DNA of 64,000 bases from Candidatus Poribacteria bacterium. GTDB taxonomy: Bacteria > Poribacteria > WGA-4E > PCPOR2b. Location of the stretch: contig OZ220744.1 in the NCBI GenBank assembly GCA_965116925.1, positions 4,064,001 to 4,128,000 of the forward strand. Direction: 5' to 3'. Below are positions 18,937 through 29,118 of the stretch, piece by piece. Numbering within the stretch: position 1 is the first letter of the stretch; the number at the start of each line of letters is the position of its first letter. Made by a program: the position numbers and the translations under genes. The notes under the pieces were generated by a model, which was not told the origin of the DNA, did not search any database, and saw only the letters and a program-made list of their open reading frames with translations.

Positions 18937-19875
18937 CTAAAATAGATCCATCTGTTCCTCTGTGAGGTGAGCGGCTTGAATTTTTTCTAGATGGTCGGGG
19001 TCCGACAAAACATCAACGACCTTATCTAGCTGGTTCAGCGAGATAGGGTAAGCACCCTGCTGAATGAGCTTGCGCGGTCCCTCACTTAATCGAGAGCGAT
19101 TCTCCCAGTTGCAGGTAAACACGAGACGTTCTTGCTCCAAAGCAAAAGCAGCCGTGCGAATTGCACCGCCATTTTCCTCCGATTCAATAACGATTGTTGC
19201 TATTGAAAGCCCACTGATGATTCGATTCCGAAGGATAAGATTGGTGGGTGTTGGTTGCGTCGTAAAAGGGTGTTCGGAAAAAAGTGCGCCGTTTTCACAA
19301 ATCTGTTCGGCGAGTTCCTGCTTTTCGCTTGGATAGATTGAGAGCAGGTCGCTCCCCACGACACCAACGGTTGTGCCATTAGCGGATAGTGCTCCGCAGT
19401 GTGCCGATTCATCAATCCCTTTGGCAAGTCCACTAACGACCATCAATCCTGATTGAACAAGGCGTGTTGAAAGCTCAAGCGTCGTCACAATTCCCAGCTC
19501 TGTGGGGTTTGTTGTACCGACAACAGCGACCGCTTTCTCACTGACTTGGGATAAGTTCCCTTTTTTACAAAGGATTGCCGGGGCGTTTGAGATTTCCTTG
19601 AGTTGCGTGGGATAGCCTTCATCTTCAACACAGAGAATATCAATACCGCGACTTTTGAACCACTTGATGTGTCGGCGAAATTCAGCAACCCGTATCCTTG
19701 CTTTTAGGATCCGTGCTGCCAAGAGTGGATTGAAGAGTGGCACCCGCGCGATTTCGGAAAGTTCCGCATCAAAGATAGCTTCAATTGTCCCAAAGCGATT
19801 AATCAAACGCTTAATTCGCATTGGTCCCACACCGTCAACCGACGCGAGCGCGAACCAAAATTCTTGTCCGGACAT
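18937..19875 (-). CDS. dprA: DNA-processing protein DprA
   Basis: YP..LKEI..AP, VSGLAKGIDE.AH, RNRIISGLS, VIE...GG. Confidence 0.95.
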   Translation of the reverse strand: MSGQEFWFALASVDGVGPMRIKRLINRFGTIEAIFDAELSEIARVPLFNPLLAARILKARIRVAEFRRHIKWFKSRGIDILCVEDEGYPTQLKEISNAPAILCKKGNLSQVSEKAVAVVGTTNPTELGIVTTLELSTRLVQSGLMVVSGLAKGIDESAHCGALSANGTTVGVVGSDLLSIYPSEKQELAEQICENGALFSEHPFTTQPTPTNLILRNRIISGLSIATIVIESEENGGAIRTAAFALEQERLVFTCNWENRSRLSEGPRKLIQQGAYPISLNQLDKVVDVLSDPDHLEKIQAAHLTEEQMDLF

Positions 19876-19929
19876 AATTAATTCATTGTCAACCTCAGGG
19901 GGCTTTCTTCAGTTGTATAGGGTCATTTA

Positions 19930-20148
19930 TAGTGGATCTTAGAATTAATGAGACACGCCAAACCGGTGCGGTTGAATGAAAATTAAAAAACAGTTCGGTA
20001 ATTTGTTAGCGACACCGGCGCGGGGGAAAACCGCGCCTACCGTGTGTTTCGAGGAAAATCGAGATTGCCGATTTAAATACTTAAATCTCATAAAACCGCA
20101 CCTACCAGGTGGAGGGCGAAAGTATCTATTTATTTTTAGATTTCACCA
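19930..20148. mobile_element. MITE family C (TA-duplicating; TIR TAGTGGATCTTAGAATTAAT) containing a family B MITE
   Basis: TA at 19928 and 20149 within TTTAAA; imperfect ~20-bp TIR; homolog at 41295-41513. Confidence 0.8.
19976..20091. mobile_element. MITE family B (IS630-derived, ATGAA...CAT ends) in REP loop
   Basis: Ends match TIR of IS at 58211; inserted in GGTGCGGTTGA|AAAACCGCACCTAC with 1-bp A duplication. Confidence 0.85.
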
Positions 20149-20167
20149 TAAAATATAAAAAACTTGT

Positions 20168-20256
20168 GGCTTATAAAAAGAAAGTGCAGAGCAAGAAGAG
20201 AAACCGAGTTTTGCCGAAAAAACTCGGTTTCTTTGCACTAAATCTTAACATGAACG
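20168..20256. mobile_element. MITE family D (GGCT..., 8-bp TSD)
   Basis: Flanks AAACTTGT/AAGCTTGT; internal hairpin GAAACCGAGTTTT..AAAACTCGGTTTC shared with 42558 and 63644. Confidence 0.75.
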
Positions 20257-20285
20257 AAGCTTGTAATATTTTGGAATGGAAAATT

Positions 20286-21527
20286 TCACTTGTACACATA
20301 ACGGCGTGCTAGAATAACGGCGTGCATCTGGTGCTGTACCACATCAATCCGCAAGGGGGACTCACGGCTATGGTTTTGGACCCCGCCTATCGCGAGTGGA
20401 TCATCCGTCGGTTGGCTGTGTATAAATTTGTTCATCAATGGACTGCCCACTTGCCACGAGGTTAATTTTGTCAAGCCAGTCTCAATAACATGGGCAAATT
20501 TCTCGATATGCTGAGTATCGTTGCGCTGCACGGCAAGTTGATAGGCATGGATAATGCCTTCATACGCATAGGCAGTGTTACGTGTTCGTTCGAGGGTTTT
20601 GTGAACGTCAATCATCCAGTTAGCGAGGTCAATGACGTAATCGGCATATTTCTCCGTATTGGGCCAGCCGGAGGTTGCGATTTCAAAGAAAGCCATGGAA
20701 CTCCACTGATAGTATCCTTTCGTTATAGAGGAATCGGGATCTTTCTGAAGTGCCTCTTGAATATTGTGAAGATAGCCTGCATCGGCGGAAGCGATAATAG
20801 TGGGCTGCAAATCTTCGCGTCCCATATACTTCGCTGCTTTAGTGAGCGCGAGAAGGGATTCACCATCGAAGTAGGGAGAAGGCTTGCCGTATGGATGTCC
20901 GTCGGCGATGCTGTATCCTTGATGCCAGAGCCCTGCTGTTGGGCCCGTCTGTATTCGCGTCCTGATGAGAAATCCAAGGTATTCTTTGAGTAGTTGGCGA
21001 TAGTGTTGGAATTTCTCTTCGGTAATCTGAGATTTGGCAGCCTGCAGGTAATCAATATGAGAAAGCGCACAAAGTGCCACAGTTCCTATCCGTCCGGCCT
21101 TGTCCCCCGGATAAGTTACATAACGATGACCATCGGGAGTAAGTTTTGAGTTTTGAGCAAAGAAATCCATCGCCTTCTCAACGGCTGCTCCGACTTCTGG
21201 GTTCGGGGCATCGTTATATATCGTCGCTAACCCCCACATCGCTCCAGCCTGTCGCACCTGACTGTCGCCGGGAACATAAGTTTTTTTAAGCCAATCGTAG
21301 ATGTAGGTAAAATTGCCCTCCGAATTTTGATGATTGAGCAAAAACTGTGTACCGAGTTCGAGTGAACGGTCAAGAATTGCGCGGTTTAGTGGTTTCGGTC
21401 GATCAGAATCGCAAGAAAATAGTAGGAGAGCAAAAGACGTTACGAAACCTATTACTCCTGCGACCAAGGCGATGTGCCGTAATAGTTTACTCATTTTCGT
21501 GGTCGGATTTGTGTTTTTTTTATTCAT
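20286..21527 (-). CDS. Uncharacterised lipoprotein, probable (alpha/alpha)-barrel, RQAG / GE.LLAL / RIDxxQH motifs
   Basis: Lipobox-like LFSC; motifs shared with adjacent paralog. Confidence 0.65.
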   Translation of the reverse strand: MNKKNTNPTTKMSKLLRHIALVAGVIGFVTSFALLLFSCDSDRPKPLNRAILDRSLELGTQFLLNHQNSEGNFTYIYDWLKKTYVPGDSQVRQAGAMWGLATIYNDAPNPEVGAAVEKAMDFFAQNSKLTPDGHRYVTYPGDKAGRIGTVALCALSHIDYLQAAKSQITEEKFQHYRQLLKEYLGFLIRTRIQTGPTAGLWHQGYSIADGHPYGKPSPYFDGESLLALTKAAKYMGREDLQPTIIASADAGYLHNIQEALQKDPDSSITKGYYQWSSMAFFEIATSGWPNTEKYADYVIDLANWMIDVHKTLERTRNTAYAYEGIIHAYQLAVQRNDTQHIEKFAHVIETGLTKLTSWQVGSPLMNKFIHSQPTDDPLAIGGVQNHSRESPLRIDVVQHQMHAVILARRYVYK

Positions 21528-21533
21528 AACATC

Positions 21534-22880
21534 CTACTGGAAGTAATCACTCCCTTGCACAGCGGGCGGTATTTGATAAATAAAGCGTAACCCTTTTACA
21601 AAACCACTAATCGCATGTTGTGTGTTGTCAATCCGTAATTGAGAGTCGGTGAGGGTCTTGCGAAATCCGCCCTGTGCCATATCGGGCCGTTTCAAAGCGG
21701 CGGCATCGGATTCCCCATATTGAAGCAGGAACAGCCAGCGATATCCCATTTTTGCACGTTCTTGATATAGCTTTAATCGTTTCTTATCTTTTATCAATCG
21801 TGCAACATGGATAGCGTCGCCGAGTCCCTCCATGTAACTTCCCGTGTTCGCGGAAGGTATGCTATGAAAGCTACCATAAGCTTCATCATCAGCTTCTAAA
21901 TTTTGTTGCGTCAGTAGTTGATCGCTCAAGAAAAAAACATAGTCTGCGTATTTCTGTTCGCTAGTTTGCTCATAGAGCGATGCGAAAGCGGAAATGGTCC
22001 ACGGGAGGAAGGCGTGTGATTTCCATTTTTCTCTATAGTAGAACTCTAACGCCCAATCCATACTCTGTTTATAACGGCTATCGCCGAAAGCCTGATACAT
22101 GCCCGCTAACGCATAAAGTGCTTCGCCGGGATAAATTCGTGATTCCCAACCGGAGTTTTTTTCATGTTCGTAGTCGCCAAGGTACACATAGGTGCTTTTA
22201 TATTGACCTGTGTTATATTTTTCCTGTAGAAACAGAATCATGTTTGCTAATTTCGCCAAGATCGCATCGAATTCAGTGGTTCCGGTTAGCTGACGAATTT
22301 TGAGCATTGTCAACATGGGGAGACTAATGCCGCCGAGTTTCGCTTTCTGGCGGAAAAGGAAGTAGGCTTTGTCGGTATCGAGTAGTTCTATGAAAGCCAG
22401 TAGGTACTGGACACTCTTCTGTGCTGCCTCAAGATAACGGGGATCTCCTGTCATTTCATAAACCAACGCCAGTGAGAATGAAGTGCCTGCTTGACGTAAA
22501 AAGTTATCATCATCTTTCTTGCTGAATTTATCGCTAACAGGATCATACCAGTATTGAAATCGCCCGTGATGTTCTTGCATACCGACGATCCAATCGGCAC
22601 CGAGACGTATTGAATGCTCCAGTGTTTCTGCGGTCACATGCGCGTAGCGTTCAGGCTGCGGTCCTGGAGGAAAAATATTCTCCCAGAACCGTTTTATTTC
22701 CAAGCTAATTGCTTGGCGTTTTTCAGATCCGGAAAGATTTTTCCAGTAATTCCACTCTTTAGGATACTGGCGTGTCAGATAGTAGCCTGTTCCAATTCCA
22801 GCGACTAGTAAGACCAAGCACACTATACCTATCAGCCGGAATTTACGGGGCAATTGATCGATTTTCATTGGTTCTCCCAT
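21534..22880 (-). CDS. Uncharacterised membrane-anchored paralog of 20286-21527
   Basis: N-terminal TM; G.F.Y.YD, RQAG, YPGEALYAL, RIDNTQH. Confidence 0.65.
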   Translation of the reverse strand: MGEPMKIDQLPRKFRLIGIVCLVLLVAGIGTGYYLTRQYPKEWNYWKNLSGSEKRQAISLEIKRFWENIFPPGPQPERYAHVTAETLEHSIRLGADWIVGMQEHHGRFQYWYDPVSDKFSKKDDDNFLRQAGTSFSLALVYEMTGDPRYLEAAQKSVQYLLAFIELLDTDKAYFLFRQKAKLGGISLPMLTMLKIRQLTGTTEFDAILAKLANMILFLQEKYNTGQYKSTYVYLGDYEHEKNSGWESRIYPGEALYALAGMYQAFGDSRYKQSMDWALEFYYREKWKSHAFLPWTISAFASLYEQTSEQKYADYVFFLSDQLLTQQNLEADDEAYGSFHSIPSANTGSYMEGLGDAIHVARLIKDKKRLKLYQERAKMGYRWLFLLQYGESDAAALKRPDMAQGGFRKTLTDSQLRIDNTQHAISGFVKGLRFIYQIPPAVQGSDYFQ

Positions 22881-23028
22881 TGTGTATTTCTGCTTATTTT
22901 ATCACGCAGTATAAAAAATTGAAAGCAAAAAAGGGCCTCTATATCTGATATCTGTATCGCTCAAGCAGCTATGAATCGTTGCATCGGATTCAGGCGAACT
23001 TGAACACCACCGAGAGGTCAGTTTTTTA

Positions 23029-23685
23029 TCATGCTAGGGAACGTTCAACAGACCAGTGCCGGTCTGAACTTTGGACGACAATAGCGTCGGTGAGGCGTGC
23101 TTGAGCGAGCATCACTTCAATTTCAGGAATGGTAAGGGCAGCAAGAAAGGAATCGTAGAAAAGTTTCTTTTGGTAGGGGGTATCGTCAGCGGCGTAACGG
23201 TCAACGAGGGCTTGGGCAGCTTCAGGCGTATCGGGACGCATCAGATCGCGGATGAGAATCAAACTGCCGGGGCGGCTGACACGGCTGATTTCCCGAAAGG
23301 CAGCCATCGGATCGGGGAGATGGTGGATAATACTGTTGGAAATCACACCATCAAAGGATTGATTGGGGTAGGGCAGATCTTTTGCGTCAACACATTCCAA
23401 TGAGATGCGATCCGCTAACCCGGCTTCAGCGACGTGCTGCTCACCGAGTCGGAGCATGTTTACTGAGAGGTCAATCCCGGTGATTCGGATCTTAGGGCAA
23501 CTTTGGACTAAAAAGATGGGAATTTGGGCGGGGCCTGTGCCGAGATCGAGAAAATGTCCTTCGCGCGCACCAAGTTCAACCACACGTTCCACAAACGCCG
23601 CATTGACAGCAGAGTGATCCATGGCATCATACGCTTCCGCTTCTTCACGGGTGTCCATAACCTCGGGTTCTAAAATCCGTTTCAT
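23029..23685 (-). CDS. Class I SAM-dependent methyltransferase
   Basis: LDLGTGPA, GIDLS..ML, SNSIIHH. Confidence 0.9.
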   Translation of the reverse strand: MKRILEPEVMDTREEAEAYDAMDHSAVNAAFVERVVELGAREGHFLDLGTGPAQIPIFLVQSCPKIRITGIDLSVNMLRLGEQHVAEAGLADRISLECVDAKDLPYPNQSFDGVISNSIIHHLPDPMAAFREISRVSRPGSLILIRDLMRPDTPEAAQALVDRYAADDTPYQKKLFYDSFLAALTIPEIEVMLAQARLTDAIVVQSSDRHWSVERSLA

Positions 23686-24025
23686 CGACTCTCCTTTTGG
23701 ATTGTGTACGGTCTAATTAACGCAAGTATTTTGTCGAGATATGAATCTTGACCTACAATCTACTCTTGTACCCCGATCTGCTAGATTGTGATCCCAGCCT
23801 GCAAACTAACAGTTTGTGCTACTAATCTAACGCAAGTTGCTAGTTGAAAAACACCGTTAAAAAATCTTTGGATTTTTCATAGTTTTCATAGTTTTTTGAA
23901 AAGTTTGATAAAGATGAAAAAAGGGGAAACCCACGCTATGACTGGTTTTGGTGCAAATTATGCGGGAAGGCTATTGAGACATACTATGAAATTCACACCA
24001 TTTTCTATCTTGGACATTTGGCGGA

Positions 24026-24796
24026 TTAAATGAGACGGGTAATCAGTGTCGCGTTGTCACAAATCTGATTGAGATGACCTTTTGTATACATCCCAACTGC
24101 CATAGCGTCGATCGGCTTGATATGTTCGAGTGCGAATCGAAACGCTAGCAGCGGTTCACTTCTGCCTGCGGCGAGGACTTTAATCGAGATTACCGGAAGA
24201 TGCACGGCTTGAATTGCTGCAATTGCTGCGTCCCGATCTGCATCAAGATACATCTCACGATGGCGGGTATGATTATAAAGCGCGCAGACGTAGAAGTCAA
24301 CATCGTATCCTTCGTGATAGCACTGTTTCATAATGTGAGGCTCGTGCGTTCCCAAACCGGGGGAAAACCCCAAATCTCGGATCAGTTTCAACGCATCGTG
24401 CAACGTATTCAATTTTCCGTCGTCGTAAAGCTGATCCGTTGTTCCCCCGTGATGATAGATAGCAATTGGTTGATAGCGGGCAATCAATCGAATATGCGCC
24501 GCCAGATCGGTATACTCATTCCCCTTCGCTGTCTGTGCAATCCACTCAATCTTTCCACCACTGTTTCGGTATTCATTCAGGATCCGCATGATATGGCGAT
24601 CCGCTCGTGCTAGGACGGTGTTAATCCCGCACCGTTCCGCTTCGCGCAGGTCTGCCATAATCTGATCAGCGGTATAGTAATCCTCCATCTCCTTTGACTT
24701 TGCCGGGGAATGGTGGGAAATGCCGCTATATGGGTTACCACCAATAATTAGGCGGCTCACCCGGTGGGATCCAATGGCAATTGTTGGCAATTTCAT
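24026..24796 (-). CDS. Aldo/keto-reductase-like TIM-barrel protein
   Basis: VSRLIIGGNP N-terminus, IKVLAAGR. Confidence 0.6.
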   Translation of the reverse strand: MKLPTIAIGSHRVSRLIIGGNPYSGISHHSPAKSKEMEDYYTADQIMADLREAERCGINTVLARADRHIMRILNEYRNSGGKIEWIAQTAKGNEYTDLAAHIRLIARYQPIAIYHHGGTTDQLYDDGKLNTLHDALKLIRDLGFSPGLGTHEPHIMKQCYHEGYDVDFYVCALYNHTRHREMYLDADRDAAIAAIQAVHLPVISIKVLAAGRSEPLLAFRFALEHIKPIDAMAVGMYTKGHLNQICDNATLITRLI

Positions 24797-24949
24797 GACA
24801 AACTCATACCTTTACTTTGAATTATTGAATTTGTCATGTAGTGCAGGTTATATGCCAGTCAAAAAGTCCCATTTTCAGAGTTTAGAACGGCTCGATTGCA
24901 CGGAATTGGGCAAATTCGCCCGACCGGCTAGTGACAGTTTGGTGCGAGT

Positions 24950-25981
24950 TTATTTTTCGGCTTGCTTCAACCGTCCCCATACCGTCATTCGCTTACCTAC
25001 CGGAGAAACAGAAAAAGTAACAGTGGGTTGCCAGTCATCTGCTGGGTGGTTTGTGAGCTGGCGGATGTTAGTTCCGTCGGCATTCATCATATAAATGTCA
25101 TAATTTCCCTCTCGGTTTGAGGAAAAGACAATCTTTTGACCGTTGGGAGCCCACGCTGGCAGGATCTCATCACTTGGATCTTTTGTTAAACGACGGATGT
25201 TTTTTCCGTCGGCGTTCATAATATAAATGTCGTAGTTTCCAGCGTCAAAGTTTCCGTCGCCAAAATTTCCGACCCGTATAGAAGCAAACACGATCTGATG
25301 ACCATTTGGCGACCACATGGGATGCCGGTCGCGTCCAGGGTGTTCTGTCAAGTTTCGGATGTTCTTACCATTGGCAGCCATGACGTAGATGTCATCGTCC
25401 AACCCTACAAGCCGATTTCGATCCGATTGAAAAGCAATTCTATGTCCGTCAGAGGACCAAGCGGAGTGGTAGTCCAATGCGGAATGGTCGGTGAGTCTAC
25501 GAACGTTTGCACCATCAGCCTGCATAACATAGATTTGGGGACCTGAATCCCCGGCGTAATAGCGATAGGATGAAAAGGTAATTTGACGGTTATCAGGGGA
25601 CCAAGCGGGTTGACCAGCACCTTCAGGATTGTATGTCAACCTACGGACGTTCTTTCCATCAGCACCCATCACGTAGATAGCCGAGTGTCCATGTCCAATC
25701 CCACCATGCCTGAAGGAACTGAAAACAATATCTCGACCATCAGGAGACCACGCTGGATCTCTGTCAGTATCAGGATTATTCGTTAGATTGCGGAGATTTT
25801 TTCCGCCTCCATCTATTACATAAATTTCGCTATTTCCTTCCCGATTGGAGACAAAAGCAATCTGCATCTTTGGGCGCACTTGTGCGTAAAGGTGTGTCAA
25901 GGGAATTACATCACTTAACAAAGCGACCAGCACCATTCCAAATGTGACCCGTGCGAACCTTGAGGCACTCATTCGGTTCAT
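24950..25981 (-). CDS. TolB-like PD40 (WD40-like) repeat secreted protein
   Basis: About six repeats P.WSPDG..I.F.S...IYVM.ADG.N.R.LT; C-terminal VSPVGKRMTVWGRLK tail. Confidence 0.9.
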   Translation of the reverse strand: MNRMSASRFARVTFGMVLVALLSDVIPLTHLYAQVRPKMQIAFVSNREGNSEIYVIDGGGKNLRNLTNNPDTDRDPAWSPDGRDIVFSSFRHGGIGHGHSAIYVMGADGKNVRRLTYNPEGAGQPAWSPDNRQITFSSYRYYAGDSGPQIYVMQADGANVRRLTDHSALDYHSAWSSDGHRIAFQSDRNRLVGLDDDIYVMAANGKNIRNLTEHPGRDRHPMWSPNGHQIVFASIRVGNFGDGNFDAGNYDIYIMNADGKNIRRLTKDPSDEILPAWAPNGQKIVFSSNREGNYDIYMMNADGTNIRQLTNHPADDWQPTVTFSVSPVGKRMTVWGRLKQAEK

Positions 25982-26075
25982 CTCGTACTCCTTTCTATAG
26001 TTAAAAATCAATGGAGTACGGGCAAGGAATGTGCCAACCGATTTTTTGATACTGCATAAAATTTACACACGAATA

Positions 26076-26810
26076 TTAGTATTTTATCCGTAATAGTGAC
26101 AAACCGTGTGGCGGTACAGAAGCACCAGCTGCTGACCTATCCCGTGCCTCCAGAATTTTGTGCAATTGATTGACGCCATCTTCTCTGTCGTGCAGCTTCA
26201 AGATGGTGCCGACGATGGCACGAACCATACCCCGCAGAAAGGCATCCGCCTCAACTTCAAAATAGACCAGATCTTGTTCCCGCCAACATCGGCATTCGTA
26301 AATCTCACAGATTGGATTAATCCGATCGCTGCCGGAGCGTTGAAAGGAGGAGAAATCCCGCACCCCGACGAGTGATTGGCAGGCTGCGTCCGCACTTTGC
26401 ACATCAATTTCGTCGGGAAAAAAGTAGGCATTGTTCCGTAGGAGTGCGGAGGGATATGTACGATTGAGAATCGTGTATCGATAGGTCCGACTCGCTGCGC
26501 TGAACCGGGCATGGAAATCTAGCGAGGCCTCTTCTGCATCAACAATGACAATGTCCCGCGGCAGGGTGGCATTGAGTGCTTTCTGAAATGCAATCGGCGG
26601 CATCTGGGAATGGGTGTGGAAATTGGCAACCTGACCGGCGGCGTGTACCCCTGTGTCCGTCCTCCCCGCTCCAATGATTTGCGTCTGTGTCTTGGTAATT
26701 TTTGTGAGTGCATCTTGGAGGGCTGCTTGAATCGTTATAGCGTTGGGTTGAATCTGCCAGCCGTGATAGTTTGTACCGTCGTATTCGATTGTGAGTTTGA
26801 TATTTCGCAT
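26076..26810 (-). CDS. truA: tRNA pseudouridine(38-40) synthase
   Basis: YDGTNYHGWQ, GRTDTGVHA, FHARFSA, FLRGMVR. Confidence 0.97.
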   Translation of the reverse strand: MRNIKLTIEYDGTNYHGWQIQPNAITIQAALQDALTKITKTQTQIIGAGRTDTGVHAAGQVANFHTHSQMPPIAFQKALNATLPRDIVIVDAEEASLDFHARFSAASRTYRYTILNRTYPSALLRNNAYFFPDEIDVQSADAACQSLVGVRDFSSFQRSGSDRINPICEIYECRCWREQDLVYFEVEADAFLRGMVRAIVGTILKLHDREDGVNQLHKILEARDRSAAGASVPPHGLSLLRIKY

Positions 26811-26856
26811 CGTTATTTTTAGCCGCGCAATACGTTCCGCACATCATTTTTTCCGC

Positions 26857-26885
26857 TTGATTCTTTTTTTTCGTAATGCTAAACT
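26857..26885 (+). promoter_or_regulatory. Putative sigma70 promoter (TTGATT-17-TAAACT, extended -10 TG) just upstream of tnpB element #2
   Basis: Consensus-like hexamers with 17-bp spacer. Confidence 0.5.
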
Positions 26886-26994
26886 ATCGTGAAATCAGTT
26901 TCTACATTCACCAAAATCTTAGCAGTAGCAGCCCCGTCCTTTAGGGCGGTGAGGAAACTGCGCTTCCTTTCTTGATTGATTCAAAGCATTGATT

Positions 26995-28308
26995 ATGAAA
27001 AAGACTTATGAATACAGAGCCTATCCAACAGTCAAGCAAGCCGATATACTGGTCGCATGGCTTGAAATCCTTCGCAACTTGTACAATCAAGCACTTGCAT
27101 GGCGTAAGGAAACCTACGAACAGACCGGTCAGTCCGTTAAGAAATCAACCCAATAGGACTTACGCAGTTGAATGGTCAAACCCTTGTAGTTCGGTGATTC
27201 ATCGCCCGTCCCCCCCTCTATCCCCCGCAAGCAGGGGGAGGGAAGAACGCGCAATGAATTGCGCTACTACAAACTGAAGTGCGTAACTCCTACCCAAGAA
27301 AAAGCCTTAACGCCGTTTCGCCAAGAATCAGACACACTCGCATCGCTTCATATTGACGTTTTGCAGGATACGATTGACCGATTAGACAAAGCCTATCAAG
27401 CGTTTTTTCGCCGTGGTAAGAAGGGCGAAAACCCCGGCTTTCCACGCTTCAAAGGTGCCGGTCGGTATCGGTCAATGACGTTTAAGCACTTGGCAAAGCA
27501 GTTGGTACGTGCTATCGGCAAGCGGACAGCGCGAGTCGTCGTGCCGAAAATCGGCCATGTTAAAATCCATTACCACCGGCCGTTGCCCGATGGGAAAATT
27601 AAGACGTTGACGGTACGGCGCAAAGCGAGTGGGTGGTATGTATGTATAGTGGTTGAGATACCAGACCCTGTTGAGCTTCCCGTTGAAACCACAATCGGGA
27701 TAGACGTAGGACTGAAATCCTTCCTGACCACTTCAGATGGTGATAAAGTCGCCAACCCTCGACACTTCCGCCGGTCAGAAAAGCAACTTGGTAAAGCGCA
27801 ACAGATATTGTCTCGTCGTAAAAAAGGCAGTGTCCGCTATGAGAAACAGCGGGAGCATGTTGCCAAGATACACGAACATATCGGCAATCAACGCCGTGAT
27901 TTTCAGGGGAAGACCGTGCATTGGTTGTTCTGCCAATGCGAAGAAGTTGCTGTTGAAGACCTGAAAATCAAGAACATGCTAAAGAATAAGTATCTATCTA
28001 AGAGCATATCCGACGCTGGCTGGGGCCGCTTTCGATTAAGACTTCAAAGCAAAGCTGCAAACGCTGGCTTGACGTTGACGAAAGTTGACCCTAAGCACAC
28101 CAGTCAGAAATGCTCAGGTTGTGATTCAGTTGTACCCAAATCGTTATCAGAGCGTGTCCATGCCTGTCCACACTGTGGGTTAGTATTGGATAGAGATTAT
28201 AACGCTGCAATAAACATTAAAAAGGCTGCTGTAGCCTTGCGTGGAGGTGTGTCGGTAGTGAACGACCCCGCCCCCCCTGTCCGGGGACAGAAGCGCGGAA
28301 CTCGGTAA
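26995..28308 (+). pseudogene. tnpB: tnpB interrupted by MITE A after codon 53
   Basis: ATG 26995 gives MKKTYEYRAYPT...KKSTQ then TAG of the MITE; removing the MITE plus one CCCAA restores TQEKALTPFRQES, colinear with tnpB #1; RuvC D/E/D intact. Confidence 0.9.
27154..27292. mobile_element. MITE family A inserted in tnpB
   Basis: TIR as at 8359; 5-bp TSD CCCAA. Confidence 0.95.
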
Positions 28309-28370
28309 GACCCATTGGGCGGATAAACAAGCACCGTCCTTTAGGGCGGGGTAACTGACAGAGGGAAAAA

Positions 28371-29111
28371 ATGCGGATCAGTGAAGCACAGAAAGAGCAG
28401 TTTCAAGAAAAGGGATTTTTCGTCCTTGAAAATATCTTCAGTGAGGCGGAGATTGATAATCTCACCACTGAGATTGAGAGGTATGTCGACGAAGCGAACC
28501 AACAACTTAAAGCGGATGGCGGAAAGGGGATTAGTCGCCCGGACGAGATTGTGTTTACTTCCTTCATTGCGGAAAAAAACGAGAAGATTCTATCCTTCGT
28601 CAAACAGGATAAATTTGTTCAACTGACGACAAATCTCATCGGTCCAAATGTCCGTCTCTACTGGAATCAGGCGGTCTTCAAATATCCTGAAACACCCCAA
28701 GAGTTTCCGTGGCATCAGGACAACGGATATACACCACTCGATCCGGAACAGTATTATACCTGTTGGCTGGCACTGAGCGATTCAACACTGGAAAACGGTT
28801 GTATCTGGGTGCTGCCCGAAACTCATAAGCTCGGCACGCAGCCACATGAGCGAACAGTGTTAGGACAGGTCGGGTACTCCGGCGATAATCCGGGGGTTTC
28901 CGTACCGCTGAAAAAGGGGAGTATGGCGGTTTTCTCATCGTTACTTTTTCATCGGAGTGGTCCGAATCTGACAGAGGGCGTCCGCAAAGCGTATATCATT
29001 CAGTATATACCGGCTCACACGAGAAACGCAAGAAATAACGAACCCTTTACGGATAGGCTCTGGGTTGCGAAGGACGGGAAACGGTATGATGGCGAGGACT
29101 TGGTCGGGTAA
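28371..29111 (+). CDS. Phytanoyl-CoA dioxygenase (PhyH) family protein
   Basis: PWHQD, WLAL.D...NGC, HRSGPN...R. Confidence 0.9.
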   Translation: MRISEAQKEQFQEKGFFVLENIFSEAEIDNLTTEIERYVDEANQQLKADGGKGISRPDEIVFTSFIAEKNEKILSFVKQDKFVQLTTNLIGPNVRLYWNQAVFKYPETPQEFPWHQDNGYTPLDPEQYYTCWLALSDSTLENGCIWVLPETHKLGTQPHERTVLGQVGYSGDNPGVSVPLKKGSMAVFSSLLFHRSGPNLTEGVRKAYIIQYIPAHTRNARNNEPFTDRLWVAKDGKRYDGEDLVG

Positions 29112-29118
29112 AATCGGA

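Larger units (their letters stand above)
26912..28359 (+). mobile_element. IS200/IS605-superfamily TnpA-less tnpB element #2
   Basis: Left flank TCAC, left end CAAAATCTT..hairpin CCGTCCTTTAGGGCGG..GAGGAAACTGCG; right end hairpin then TAACTGAC. Confidence 0.85.

Noticed and set aside
19976..20312. Short ORFs MKIKKQFGNLLATPAR... (also 41341-41697, 41474-41668, 27008-27277, 58052-58429)
   Set aside because: They are translations of MITE sequence; the family B TIR itself begins with ATG. No evidence they are genes.
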